A stretch of DNA of 64,000 bases from Euglena gracilis (GCA_039621445.1 CP154954.1:32140012-32204011); one strand, 5' to 3'; counted from the first letter of the stretch, positions 27,597-40,378 are shown. Translations and numbers: made by a program. Notes: generated by a model not told the origin, from the letters alone.

Positions 27597-28885
27597 CAGG
27601 CATTGTTTTTTTTAAGGCGCCTTAAAAAACCTTAAAAACCTTTAAAAACCTTAAATTTTTTTTGCCAAAATGCCTTAAAAAACCTTAAAAAAACCTTAAA
27701 AAAACCTTAAAAAAATCACCACGGGGAAGTTTTTCTTCCCTGTGATGACCTTAAAAACACCTTAAAAATTCTCCCTGATAAATTTTTTTCTTGCACCAAA
27801 CAAATAATGGCAGGCATAAAGCCAGTCAATGCAGAAGTGGTTGTGAACAAACAATATGAAAACCGGATTGTTTGCCAAGGTTTCTGGCATAGTTCGGTTG
27901 GCCTCGGTTCACCAAAGGCTGTGACACACGGCCAGAAAAAGCAAACCTTGCAACCACATCTTTCTTGATTTGAATTACTTGAGACATTCTTAGAGGAGCC
28001 AACCCAAATTGCTTAAAAGTGCAATTGCAGCAAAAGTTGCATGAACAACAAAAAAATACCAATTTGGGGCAATTTAGTACACTGGAGCAGTTTCCCACAC
28101 TTGCCACAGCATTTCAAGAAGCAAAACAGCGCGTTCTCCAATTGAGCGGCAATTCCGCAAATTTTTCCCACTTTCTTGCCCAAGCACGCGAAAGTTTTGA
28201 TCCCCACAATTATGTGCAGCAGTTGGAAGAAAGACTTTCTCGTTTGGAGCAGAAATCTTGTCATTGTGGAGAAATTCCTGCTGAATTTGCAATGTTTCAC
28301 ACCCAAAATCTCGAATATCGCAAGTAGGATTGAGAATTTGCAACAACAGTGGCAAAATGACAGTGGATATCCGAACCGCAATCGCGGATTTGCAGACCCG
28401 CAATGCGGCAACCCGTGCACCCACACATAGCCTCATGAACACCGAGAAAATAATCAAACTTTTTCATGTGAGCAATACCAAACGCGTGCCCATGCAGTGT
28501 GCTGCCATACACATTGCTCAACACCTCGTTGCATGGGATGCAGAGTGGGCCAAACTCGAAACCATCCATTTTTTTTCATTGCAATTACTTTAAATTTCTG
28601 ACCCTATTCAGGACATTTGCTTGCCTGTTGACAATAACTATCCCTCATGGACCGCCCTGATCCCCATGCTTCGCCCTAGACTTCTTCCTTGGGCGTTCCG
28701 AAGCCACAGAGGAGTCTGAAGCCATCGGGCTGTCTTCGGGGTCTGTCATTTTACCTGAGGGAAAAAAATGCCTTAAGAAACCTTAAAAATTTTCCAAAAT
28801 CCTCAAAAAACCTTAAACAACCTTAAACAACCTTAAAAAACGCCTTAAAAAATTTGAGGAATTTTTAAGGAAAAAATAATGCCTG
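27597..28885. mobile_element. Non-autonomous hAT-like element with transposase N-terminal relic
   Basis: TIRs CAGGCATTGTTTTTTTTAA / TTAAGGAAAAAATAATGCCTG; perfect 8-bp TSD CCAGTCAG; subterminal CCTTAAA repeats. The minus strand encodes LCIPCNEVLSNVYGSTLHGHAFGIAHMKK (CGGBP1/BED-like zinc finger) at ~28460-28545. Nested inside another MITE starting at 27416. Confidence 0.88.
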
Positions 28886-31870
28886 CCAGTCAGTCACTAC
28901 CCCCCCCCGGGGGGGGGGGGGTCGGCCACTCTGGAATCCAAAGAAAATTTGGCCCAAAACATGAAAAAAAGGCAAAAAAAATTTCCGGCACCTTCGGTGC
29001 CCGGTCACTTTTGTGGCTTTTTGCTGGCTATTTGCTGGGGGGGGGGGAGGGGGTCCAGGCCAAAAACCAGTTGTTAGTCACTCTGAAAAAACCAGTCACC
29101 CCCCCCCCGGGGATTGTATGGATGGAGGGGCAAAGACCCCTCCCCCATGAACCTGGCTTCGTGGCGAAACCCATCGGCCTCTGGCACCCTCCCCCCCCCC
29201 CCCCCGTGTCCAGCCCAGACCCAGCACCCTGGGGGGCGACTCAGCCAGCACAGGGGCCAAATATTGTTGGAATTCTATTTCCACCGTTTTTTTCTGGGAG
29301 TTCCCCCCCCAAAAAAAACACAAACTCCGCTGCTTGTTCCCCCCTTTACTTTATCGTCCCTCGGCTGGTGGCAGGTGTGTGCACGGTATGCCGGAGTATT
29401 CCGATTCAAAGCCTGGCTAATGCCCATACCGGGGGGGACTTTAACAGCAGGAAATATTTTTGATTCGTATCCGTCCAGGTTTTCCCCATAAAATTTAGAA
29501 AAAATACAATTTCCTCAGTGAACCCCCAAAAAAATTTATTTGGCGCTTTGCGCCAATCCTAGAATCATTTCCTTCACAAATCACCTGTTGCTGGGTGTTT
29601 TTATGCTTCGTTCGGCAATTTTGGAGGTTAAGAATTTTTGTGTTTCTTGGACTTGGGAAAACCTCAGGATTTGGTGTAAACTCTCTTCAGGTTCGCGAGA
29701 CTTTATCGTCCAAAATAATTCCTGGCATTTTTTTTTAGGGATTTGTCCAATGGAGATGCCGACACACGGTGCGCGGCATCCCCGCCAACCCATTGAACCC
29801 CCGCAGCCCCATTGGCACGCGACCGCCCAGGGCCAACATTGGGGTACAAGTTGACTACAGCTAGCGATACTGCATTATATACCACCTGAATGCCGAGCGT
29901 TTTCAGTCAACACATCCATCCTTTCACAGCGGACGTACTTTTCTTTATCACTCGACAAGTGCGAAACTCATCTCTTATTCAGGTATGAAACCTTTAATTT
30001 GCGTTTAATTTGATGATACAGGGGCCGAGCATCCCAGATGGGTTCAGACAACAATGCACACATTGAACAAAGTTGAAGGAGAATTATCTGTACAAAAAGA
30101 ATGAGGTCCGGTGTGAAAAGGGATCATCAATTGCTTTATGAAACTTTCATTCCCCATGTTTTGCAACATGACTCCAAAAAAAAGCTTGACAAAGGGCACC
30201 TGTCACTGTTGTTGTGAGACTACACGTGGTTGTGTTCATCATTTCCAGACCCGAAAAGTTTCAGACCCCGAAAGGGGATGGGTCTTTTAGCATTTCTGAT
30301 TCACCTCCCTAACCGTTTCAGCCAATGACGTGTAAGAATTTGAGAATTAACTTGTCGGCTTTCCCCCCAAGGTTCGGAATAATTTTAAGGGCAAAAGAAA
30401 CGACGAACCTTCTTCGTCTTTCACCGAGTTTTCAAAATCCCGGAAAATGGTGAAGATCCGCGCACGGAGGACCGGTGGGTCGCCAGGCACCTCAAAAACC
30501 TGAACCCAAGCTTCAGGAAGTGGAAAAAAATGGGAAGGTTTGCGCAGTTCAAGGCAACATGCTTACAGTGCGCCCAAAAAAATCGGCAAAAAAGGAGAAA
30601 CGTATGAACATTTCGACCAAAAACGCCAGGGAAGAGAATCTGCCCAAAGGGGAGATGTCACATCCCCCCACAACCACCGTCGAGGTCGCCTGGTCACCTC
30701 AACCTACCAGGGCGGTATGAGAAGCCACCGCCCCCAGCCAGGAGGTGAGGAGACTCCCCACCCACCATTGCACGAGGAAAGGTTCTTTCGGTGCCGAAGG
30801 AAAAGTTGACCAAAAACAGCGCAAACGAAAATACGGGAGGGGGCCAAAACCGGTGGGGTTTTGGGGGTTCCCGCCCAGCCTGCTGTGCGACGCCCCAAGG
30901 CCAGGGGACCACAGGCTTTTGGTGCCGACGGCGAGAGGAGGGGACACTCCCCGGCGGTGACGGCGGCGAGGCAAAGCGCGCCCCCCGGTCCACCACTGAG
31001 GAGGGGGGCAGCGGAGAGGGGCGATCCGAGCCGGCCGACTGCACCCGTGGGGCTTCGGAAAAAGGGGGTGCCCCCCCCCCCCAGGAACTGTCACGCGACA
31101 GGCCAGTCGGTACCGGGGGCGTGGGGGACGCAGACACCTTAAGTGATGGTGTTGTGGGAAGCCTCACAACTTCCGGTACTGGTAGGTTGGGCAAACCCTG
31201 GCAGTAAACCCTGACAGTGGGGGGTTGCACATTGCACGGTGTTTCGCCTCTGAAATCAGATTCTTGGGTCGAAATCAGTGTGCCGCTTCACAGCATGACC
31301 ACAGCCAACCGGGCCCTCCTTTCCCACCTCTACAAATCTGGAACCACAGTGTCAGTGGGATCCATACATCCATACATCGGTTTTTCAATTTCGGCCAGGC
31401 TTGGCCGAAATCGGACTATGCCCAAAAAAATGTCCTGCAAAACGCAGTTTTGAAAAGAATATGACAACTGAAAGGACTGAAGGACAGCCCCGAAAACGCC
31501 CCAAACCCCCCCAAAACAACTTTTTTGGCTATTTTTGAAAAGTTTCGGGCTGGACCCGGCAAAAAGGGACCCCATACCCCAGGAGGGGGGGGGGCTGTTT
31601 TTTTTAAAGACCGGGGGGCACCCACCCACCCTCCCCTTGGGGGGGCAGCCCTGGGGGGGGGACCCCCACCCACCCACCTTTCTCCGAAAATGGCCAAAAT
31701 CGCGAACTGCTAAAACAAGCACCTTTTTTAAAGTTTTTGGCGCTGGGAAAAAAGTATATCCCCCCCTCCGGAGCGACCCCCCCCCCCTAGGGGGGTGGGG
31801 GCTCAGCCTGACCTATCCACCCAACCCCCCCCACTCCCCCGGGGGTCCAAGGCTAAAAAAAACCCTGAGA

Positions 31871-32422
31871 GGGGGGGGTGCTGAGGCCAAAATCAGGGCT
31901 AGCTGCAGCAGCCCCCCCAGGCAGTATTTTTTAAGGCGCCTTAAAGTGCCTTAAAATGCGCCTTAAAATGCGCCTTAAATCTTTTGGCCAAAATGCCTTG
32001 AAATGCCTTAAAATTCTGGGTTCGAAGAATTTTCTCCAAAAGGAAAAAAATGCACAAAACCTTGGCAAAAAATGCAAGCTCTGGGAAGAAAAATGATTGC
32101 TGGCATCGCAAGAGCATGGTCCATCCATCCTGCCAAAACTCAAAGAATGTGTTTTTTTGAATTTTTATTGATATTGGACGAACGAGCAAAATCAAAAATG
32201 TTGGTTCGATGCCCGGACAGCCCTTTGACCTCCCTGGAAAATAGGGCCATAAAATGCCTTAAAAAATCCCTGCCCCTCCCCCCCCCCCCCGCAGGTCTGC
32301 AAAACCTTAAAAAGATTTTTGGCGGGATCAAATTGGCCTTGAGGAAAGGAGGGAGCCCCGGCGGTGGGATGAAGGAACTTGTTGCGTCTGTGTGCAACGT
32401 GAAGCAGGGTTGCCTGTGCCAT
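31871..32422 (-). CDS. Two putative exons of an unidentified gene (probably continuing to ~22-27 kb)
   Basis: 32364-32422 (MAQATLLHVAHRRNKFLHP) joins 31871-31912 (TLLQLALILASAPP) in frame when a MITE-like intron is removed at the +4/-6 register. Other exon-like pieces lie at ~27340-27410, ~27080-27150 and ~22770-22815 but were not assembled. Confidence 0.4.
31918..32360. mobile_element. Degenerate MITE of the CCTTAAA-repeat family (relative of 27597-28885)
   Basis: Left end CAGGCAGTATTTTTTAAGGCGCCTTAAA, with CCTTAAA repeats; degenerate right TIR. Confidence 0.65.
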
Positions 32423-33464
32423 TGGCCCTCTGTCCCCACACAGGCCAGGGGCCCCAGAATGATGAACACAACAAGGGTTGGTTTCCCCGAAAAGTCACCG
32501 GGCAAAGTCGGCCGCCTGAGGCTATGAGGGGACTGGGTCAGGGAAGGAGTGGGGGCTACAATAACGTTGTGCCAGAGTTTGGACTGCGGGTGCAATGTGG
32601 CTCGAACAGCTCCTGGGAACGGTTCCCGCACTGTGATAGGGTGTCGGGATCAAAAAAAAAAACACACAGTGTGTTTTTTAACGAAATTTGGTAAATTTGG
32701 GCAGGCTGGAAAATGCTGCTGGCTGAGGCCACCCCTCCAGGGCAGAACGGGAAAACCTCGTAGGGGGGGGGGTCGACTCCCCCACCCACCACAGCATTTT
32801 CACCGATTTCGGGAAAACAGGGATGTTGGACAAAAAATTTATTGAAATTTTTTTGAAAAATGAACACAAAACACATGATTTTTTGAGGGAAAACCACATT
32901 TTTTTTCAAAAAGAAAATCTCAAAAAATTCAGGGTTAAACAATGGTAGTTTCTTAGGAGGGGGGTGAAATAAAAAAACCGAAGGTCAAAAAAAGTGGACA
33001 ATATTTTGGCACAGTCACGTTTTACTGACATTTTTTCTCTTTCAATTTTCTTCGACTTTCAATGGCATTTTCTGCTTCAAAAACCACTCAAAATCAAAAT
33101 TTTTAGAAAACGTTGAATTTTTGGAAGGTGTGAAAAAAATGGAGTTTTGGGTGGTTTTTGGGGAGACCCCCTTTATGGGTCCCAAAATGGGTAAAAAAAA
33201 ACACCCAGCACCGAAGGCGCTGGAAAAAAATTTTCGGGTCCAAAAATTCGTGCTCCCGGAAATACGGGAAGAGTTGGTGGGGGGGGTCGACCCCCCCTCC
33301 CCACCATGCAGGGGGTGGGAGGGGTGCCCCACCCACCGGGCAGGGGGTTGGGGGGTGGTCGACCCCCCCCACCCACCACCCTGGCTGTTCGGCCGATTCC
33401 CGTTCTGCCTTGCCCCCCCCCCCATTGGGTCCTGGGCAAGCACCTATAGTTGACCCCCCGATTT

Positions 33465-33522
33465 TTGCCATTTTCGGCCATTTTCGGCCATTTTCGGCCA
33501 TTTTCGCCCATTTTCGGCCATT
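33465..33522. repeat. (CATTTTCGGC)n 10-mer array; second array at 35236-35345
   Basis: Directly visible, same orientation on both sides of 33.5-35.2 kb. Confidence 0.85.
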
Positions 33523-34109
33523 TTTTCCTATAGGTGGGGGGTAAAATTGTCTTAAAATATTTCGTACCAACAATGCATTTGATCATTCATGTGACGTGAA
33601 AGTAGTTTGTGAGCAACAAATCAAGCGAACACATCCAAGGAGGTCCGTTTGGAATGAGTGCTCAGGGATTAAAGGGGTCAAAGAGTTTTTGGTTGCAATA
33701 TGCAAATGCAAGGCTTTGGGAATAAGCTTCTTTTTCCGAACATTGGATAAACTCCAACTGGAATCCACAAAACAAACTTGGGGGGGGTACTATTTTGAAT
33801 GGTTTCAAAAGAAACAAATAAAATAAATGTCGTGGGAAGTTGAATTCAATCGGAATGAAGAGAACGTTGCCGAATGACGAAGCAGTATTTTATTGTTTGA
33901 AACTCTCACAAATAATTGGCATGGTGAAAAACCTAAATGGCACACATCCATGACTTCAAGAAGCCTTGATGTGAAATTTCATCCATCATGTTGAGACGAT
34001 CATCCGTCTGGATGTGGCGAAGTTGGGTGAAAGTGCGCTCAGCTCGAGCGGCAGAACAAAAGCAAGCAAACGTGTGATCGGCCCATTATGTTGAAATATT
34101 GACATCAAA

Positions 34110-34640
34110 TATGCTCACCCAATTGCCCAATGTCTGCATCTTGTCCAGATGTGCATCTTGTCCAGCAGTGTCGGCGCCGTCCATGTTCTAGCAGTGGTTC
34201 TCGAGAGTACGCACCCACTCCGCGTGCTGGTGCTCGGGGTGGACGCGGTACTCCGCGGCGTCGATGTTGATCTGGATGAGGGCGTGCAGGGGGATGGGCC
34301 GGCAGAGGTCGAACATGCGGACGGCCTGGTCCTCGAGGACGATGTTGTAGACGGGCTGTAGGTGGAACGAGTGGTAGCTCCAGCCACTGGTGGTCATCTC
34401 GTAGTGGCAGTACTCTGTGCCGTCCCAGTAGGGACCGCGGCCGTAGACGCGGGACAGCTTGACCTTGGCCAGCTGGTCCTCGGTGTAGACCCGAAGTCGG
34501 ACTGGCAGCGGGCGTGGATGGTGCACACAAGCTGCACGTCGGCATGGGTAAGGAGGGCGCGGAGCATGCGGTGGCTCATGGTGCGCTTCTCCGCGTCGGG
34601 GGAAATGGGGCAGGCGCACCCAGTCCGCGGAATATTGTGA
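34110..34640 (-). pseudogene. Intronless GC-rich coding relic of unknown family
   Basis: Codon-biased segment RVYTEDQLAKVKLSRVYGRGPYWDGTEYCHYEMTTSGWSYHSFHLQPVYNIVLEDQAVRMFDLCRPIPLHALIQINID, with a frameshift (~34500) and an in-frame stop (34188), embedded in AT-rich repeat DNA. Confidence 0.45.
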
Positions 34641-35626
34641 ATGCCGGACCAAAAAAGGACCACAAAACACTCAAAATTGACCACGAAAAGCCCCCAAAAA
34701 CTACTAAAATGACCTAAAATGGCTTCAAATAACCTAAAAATGCCCAAAAACACCAACAGTGTCCACAAAAAATTGTGAAAAATAGCCCAAAATCACCAAA
34801 ATGGCGCAAAATGACCAAAATGCCATAAAATGTGCTCATATTGACCCAAATTAGCCTAATATTTGCCAAATCAGTGCAAAATACCCAAAATTAGCAAAAA
34901 TTGATCCAAAATAGCCAAGGTGGGTGCAATATTGGAGATTTGTGGAGAAATTATCCCAAAAAATGGGTTTAATTCTTCAAAATATACAAAAAAAAATGCC
35001 AGTGTCGCCCTTGTCAACAAAATTTTCTGAAATGTCATCAAAACCTTCAGCTTTGGCCCAAATAACCCATTTGGAGGTGGTTCTTTGAGCAGCATGTGTT
35101 GCAGGGCCAGGCATGACGGCAGGAGAAGAGAGGCTGTACAGAGACAAGAATCAGTCGCACTGGAAATTGGCCCTCAGGGAAAAAGAAACTGTTAGGCAAA
35201 ATAAACTCGAAAAAGAATTGCAACAGTTTTTTTCTCATTTTCGGCCATTTTCGGCCATTTTCGGGACCCCCACCTATTGAGCCCAAAATTTCATTTTCGG
35301 CCATTTTCGGCCATTTTCGGCCATTTTCGGCCATTTTCGGCCATTTTTACTTTTGGGGCTGGGCCAGACCCAGGGTCAAAGCAGGTAAATGAGATCCCAT
35401 AAATAAATGTAATCGAAAATATGCCTCCCAAAAAACTGCCAATTATGCAAAAAAAAATTGGTTTTCTGACCCCAAATTTCGCCATTTTTGACCCATTTTT
35501 GGTCCATTCATCATAGTACAGAACCCCTACATGTGGAGCCCCCACACTCAAGTTGGGGGCCTCACATGCCCCAATTTTTGGCCAAAAGTGGGTTAAAAAT
35601 GATCAAAGAAAGGAAAAGTGGACTAA

Positions 35627-38170
35627 CTTAGGCGGCCGGATTCGCACTTAAGGATTTTTTCTTTGAAATGGGCGCATTTGCGCAAATCAACAATTTTTAT
35701 AAAATTTCTGGGACCCTGTACCCGGACACACGGAAAACAGCTTTTGAACTGTGACACCCCTCTGTTGGAGGGGATTAACCCCCGGTGTTTTGGTATGCAT
35801 GCTGCTTACCAAGTGACGCGAAGAGGGCCGAGGGTGAGACTGGTGCTCTCGCACATCAAACAGGTTGGAAGCACACACCCGCTGTTACGACTACTCGTAT
35901 TGGTGCTGAAATGGTGACTAAACTTGCTTGGATACTGACAGCCGCCCGTAAGAACACACGGAGCCTTATTACATCACATACCACATACTACGACAGCCAG
36001 CCAACAGGCAACTGATGTGTGTTTATGCGTGCATTTGCGCAAATAAACACAACGTGTTTATTTGTGCATTTGCGCACACAAGACACAAAACATTGAAGGT
36101 AAAAAGACATGTTTGTGGTGCAAATGCGCCCACAAAAAAAATTGTTTATGGGCGCATTTGCACGAACATCTTGTGAAAATTGGTATGGGATGCTTTGTGT
36201 AATGGGAGGCAACAAACAACATGTCTGTGTTAAAGCACACTGATTAGGACCATGGGTCAACGAGGTTTTTGGACATGATAGATGTGTTGGTGCGCGCATT
36301 TGCGCAAATGAACACAATTTTGTTGGTGCGCGCATTTGCGCAAATAATAACATTTAATTAATCACTTCAAAATAGTGTTTCTGAGCGAGCCTTAGCGCAC
36401 ACAAACAAAGTTTGTTTGTGCGTGGCAATGCGCGCACCAACACACATCAGTTGTGCGATACCATCTCCTCGTCCGTGACGGCTGGCAATTCCTCACACCA
36501 ACCATTGATTTGTATCACAATTACGTGGTGATGAAATTTGTGGTGAGAGGTAGTGTGCAATGTTCATTGGAACACGGCATCTGACGGGCCAAAATTTGCC
36601 TACCTCACGTGTGAACATTTTACACTGCTGTTCCCCGGCCCGCACAGCCGGTTGTTTTGGCCTCATTCATTTGGCAGTTAAGTGTAATGAATCGATCACG
36701 TGCAAGACCTGTGACTGTTCGACACCTTTTCTGCAACGGTGCTGTGTTACAAGAAGGGAAAGTTTGGCACCTGACATACCCAGGATGTGTCAGGCCGGAG
36801 TCCATTTTCTGGTTTATCTCCACCATGTTTACCTTGAAAAATGTTAAACCCACCAGTTTTTGTACATAATGTGTGGGGAGTCCCACCGCAACCATGCAAC
36901 CAATCCAGTGGTAACGGTCCACCACTTCCTTGCACCCAAAATAACGGGTGCTTGAGGGCTACCTCTCTCCGGCTGCCAGTTGCCATGAACTGGCACCACG
37001 TCGTCCCCCCAATCTCACACCCCTTTGCCGGGTATAACATGTCCGCCAAAGCTGGGTGCTGTTGCACCGGGGAGGTCAATTCCCGCTGGAGGGTGCTGAA
37101 GCATCAGCAGCTGATGTGGCTGCAGCAGCGGAGCCCAGGCCGGGGGCAGGGCCCTTGGGATCCTAAAATTGGTGCCGGTGGACATGTACCGTTATCGGGT
37201 AGCTGCGCACCCACCTTCAGGAGATCCTCTGTGTCCATCTTTTGTGGGACCTGTCAGTGGACCAGAAACGGCACCTTGATACCATGTGCCGGAGGAGACG
37301 GGGTGGTCATTTGGGTTGAACCTATTCAGAAGTAATTAATGGTAGCTGTTAGAGGTCCAAATGAAGCCGCTTTTTACTCCTCCATTGGTTGTTTATTTGC
37401 ACATTTGTGCGCATCACGTTGTTGGTTGGCGCAAATGCGCAAATGAACCAGATGCAAATTGCGCAATTTTTCATGTTGTTCGTTTGCGCGAACAATATGA
37501 TGCGCGCAAATGCGCAAATGAACCACATTTGCTGCTGGTACTTGACAATCGTGTTTCTGTCACACCCTTCATCTTTGTGTTTATGGGCGCATTTGCGCCC
37601 ACCAACACAAATTGTGTTGGTGGGCGCAAATGCGCCCATAAACATAATTATATTTGTGTGCGCAGTTGCGCCAATAAGCTTGCGCCGTCTGCAAACGCTG
37701 TGACAAACCCACTGAAATATGTTTCTGGACTGTCCACTGGTTCGCGCCGTCACGGCCCCTTTGTCACGCCGTGTATCGACGGCGTCAGTTCATGGCCAAC
37801 CCTTGAAAGGCAAAACTGTGTTTACTTGCGCACATGCGCGCACCAACACAATTATGTTTATGCGCGCATTTGTGCAAATAAACACAATTTTGTCCTTCAA
37901 GGGTTGGGCTTCTTCCGCTGGGTTCTTTGCCACAAAACTGGTTGTGCGGATCCCGGGTTTAAATTGGGTGGCAGACACCCGTCCCCTTCAATCCCTGTGG
38001 ACCCTATTTCTTCTCCTGTGTGCTTCCCTTGTCAAACAGCCCGCACCTACCTTCCTTATCTTGCGTCCTTCCCACCCACTTGGTCACACCACACCCACAC
38101 ACCCCGGCACCTCCTCCCCACGCTTTAACAAACAACCCAAAAACACCACACCAAGGCGCCGCAAGCAAAG
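35627..38170. mobile_element. Putative degenerate transposon with many GCGCAAATGCGC palindromic subterminal repeats
   Basis: Motif clusters at 35670-36440 and 37400-37880; left terminus resembles 56516-56542; right end uncertain. Confidence 0.45.
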
Positions 38171-38379
38171 CCGTCTTGGGGCCTTTCTTTCTCTTCCATT
38201 TTGAACCACCTTTGTTTTCTGTCATTTTTGCCCGATTTTGGTCTTTTTGGTCTTTTGTGGCCCATTTTGGTGCTTCTTTTTTGACCTTTTTGATGCTTCT
38301 TTTTGTTCTGTTTCGTAATTTTATCCACTATTTCATCGCTTTTAACCATTGTTGGCTGTTTTTACAAGTTATGAATCCA

Positions 38380-38612
38380 CATATTATATTATATATTATA
38401 TATATATTATATATTATAGATATAATATTATATATATGTATATATATGTATATATAGATAATATATATATATATATATATATATTATATTATATAATAAT
38501 ATATACTAATATAATATAATATATATATAGAATATATATATATATATTATATATATTATATATGTATATATTATATATATTATAATATATATATATATGT
38601 ACATATATATAT
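38380..38612. repeat. Degenerate (TA)n microsatellite
   Basis: Directly visible. Confidence 0.95.
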
Positions 38613-39321
38613 ACCTTATCTACACAGAAAGTGAGCAAGGGCACCCCCTTGCCCAATGAACGCCCGCTTTCGGGCTGTCCAGATTGTCACCCGAGTGTTC
38701 ATTGGGCTTGGGGGGGTTCATCCCCCCATCCTTAGCAAGGCTGGTCCATGACACACCCACCCACCCATGCCAACTGCACTTTCCTCGTACTTTTGTGTGT
38801 CAAGGACAGGGGGGGGGGATGTACCAGTTGATAAGCATTCTTTGGAAAGCTTTCACATGGGCGTTTTAAGTTAACTTGCCTGCCCAACAAACGGAATCTG
38901 TCGGGTCTTCTAAAAGGGTTCAAGCCACGCAATGGAGCTGGCCAGAAAGGACCTTTCGTCCCCTCCCCCCTTTGGGTTCTGCATTGCCTTTGAGATCCTT
39001 GACGGTGCCCTTTCGTCTCTTCTTCTGCTTCTTGTTTATTGTTTTTGAACTGACCTTTCGCCGTCAAATACATTTTGCCTCATGGACCTCATAGTTACTC
39101 TTAGTCATTTCTGGCGACTTTGCACTCTTGGTCACTCTTGGTCACTTCTGGCCTCCTTTGGCCACCGTTGGCCACGCAGGCCACTTTTGGCCATTTTGGC
39201 TGCTTCTTGGCTGCTTTTGACAGCTTTTTTGGCACTCTGCTGTTTCAGGCAAATTTTTGGTCACTTCTGGCATAATTATTTGCATCCCCACATCCGCTCC
39301 AGTACCCACATTCACGTGTAA

Positions 39322-39629
<308 letters not shown>

Positions 39630-39881
39630 CAGGCTTCTTCTTAAGACCCCGGGGGGGAGGGGGGGGTCCCCCCCACCCACCCAGGTGGCGCGGGACCCCC
39701 CCAAAATCGGGCCCGTTAAAGGCAATTTCCAAAAAACTTCGGCGCTTCGCGCCGAAAAGGTATACCCAGCGCCTCCGGCGCGGGACCCCCCCCCCCGGGG
39801 GGGGGGGGGGCCGGCCCCGACCCCACCCCCCCCCCCCCCCCCCCCGGGGGGGGGGGGTGTGCTGACTTAAAAAGAAGCCTG
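39630..39881. mobile_element. hAT-like MITE (CAGGCTTCTT family)
   Basis: TIRs CAGGCTTCTTCTTAAG / CTTAAAAAGAAGCCTG; perfect 8-bp TSD ATATATAC; homologous to the intron at 52995-53204. Confidence 0.92.
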
Positions 39882-39922
39882 ATATATACATATATATACA
39901 TACATATATATATATATATATA

Positions 39923-40210
39923 TGGCAGGTGGGAAGTTTAATACCCCCCCCGGGGGGTATTAAACTTCCCACCAGGTTGGGCGCCCCCGTTATTGGAGGT
40001 ATAGGGTTAGGTGCGCACATGCTGGTTTGCGCTCATCGGCTACGTTGCGCTAATCGGCAATGTTGCGCAACATTGCCGATTAGCGCAACGTAGCAAATTA
40101 GCGCAAATCAGCATGTGCGCACCGAACCCTATACCTTCAATAACGGGGGTGCCCAACCTGGAGGGAAGATTAATACCCCCCCGGGGGGGTATTAAACTTC
40201 CCACCTGCCA
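39923..40210. mobile_element. Near-perfect ~290-bp palindromic (foldback) element in a (TA)n tract
   Basis: TGGCAGGTGGGAAG...CTTCCCACCTGCCA, centre GGCAATGTTGCGCAACATTGCC. Confidence 0.85.
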
Positions 40211-40225
40211 TATATATATATATAG

Positions 40226-40257
<32 letters not shown>

Positions 40258-40262
40258 TATAG

Positions 40263-40298
<36 letters not shown>

Positions 40299-40319
40299 AT
40301 ATATCTATCGTAGTAATAT

Positions 40320-40378
<59 letters not shown>

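Noticed and set aside
29860-29995. Possible hAT C-terminal dimerisation-domain relic (AER-FS...ILSQR...LLFRY)
   Set aside because: Too short and frameshifted to support without a profile search.
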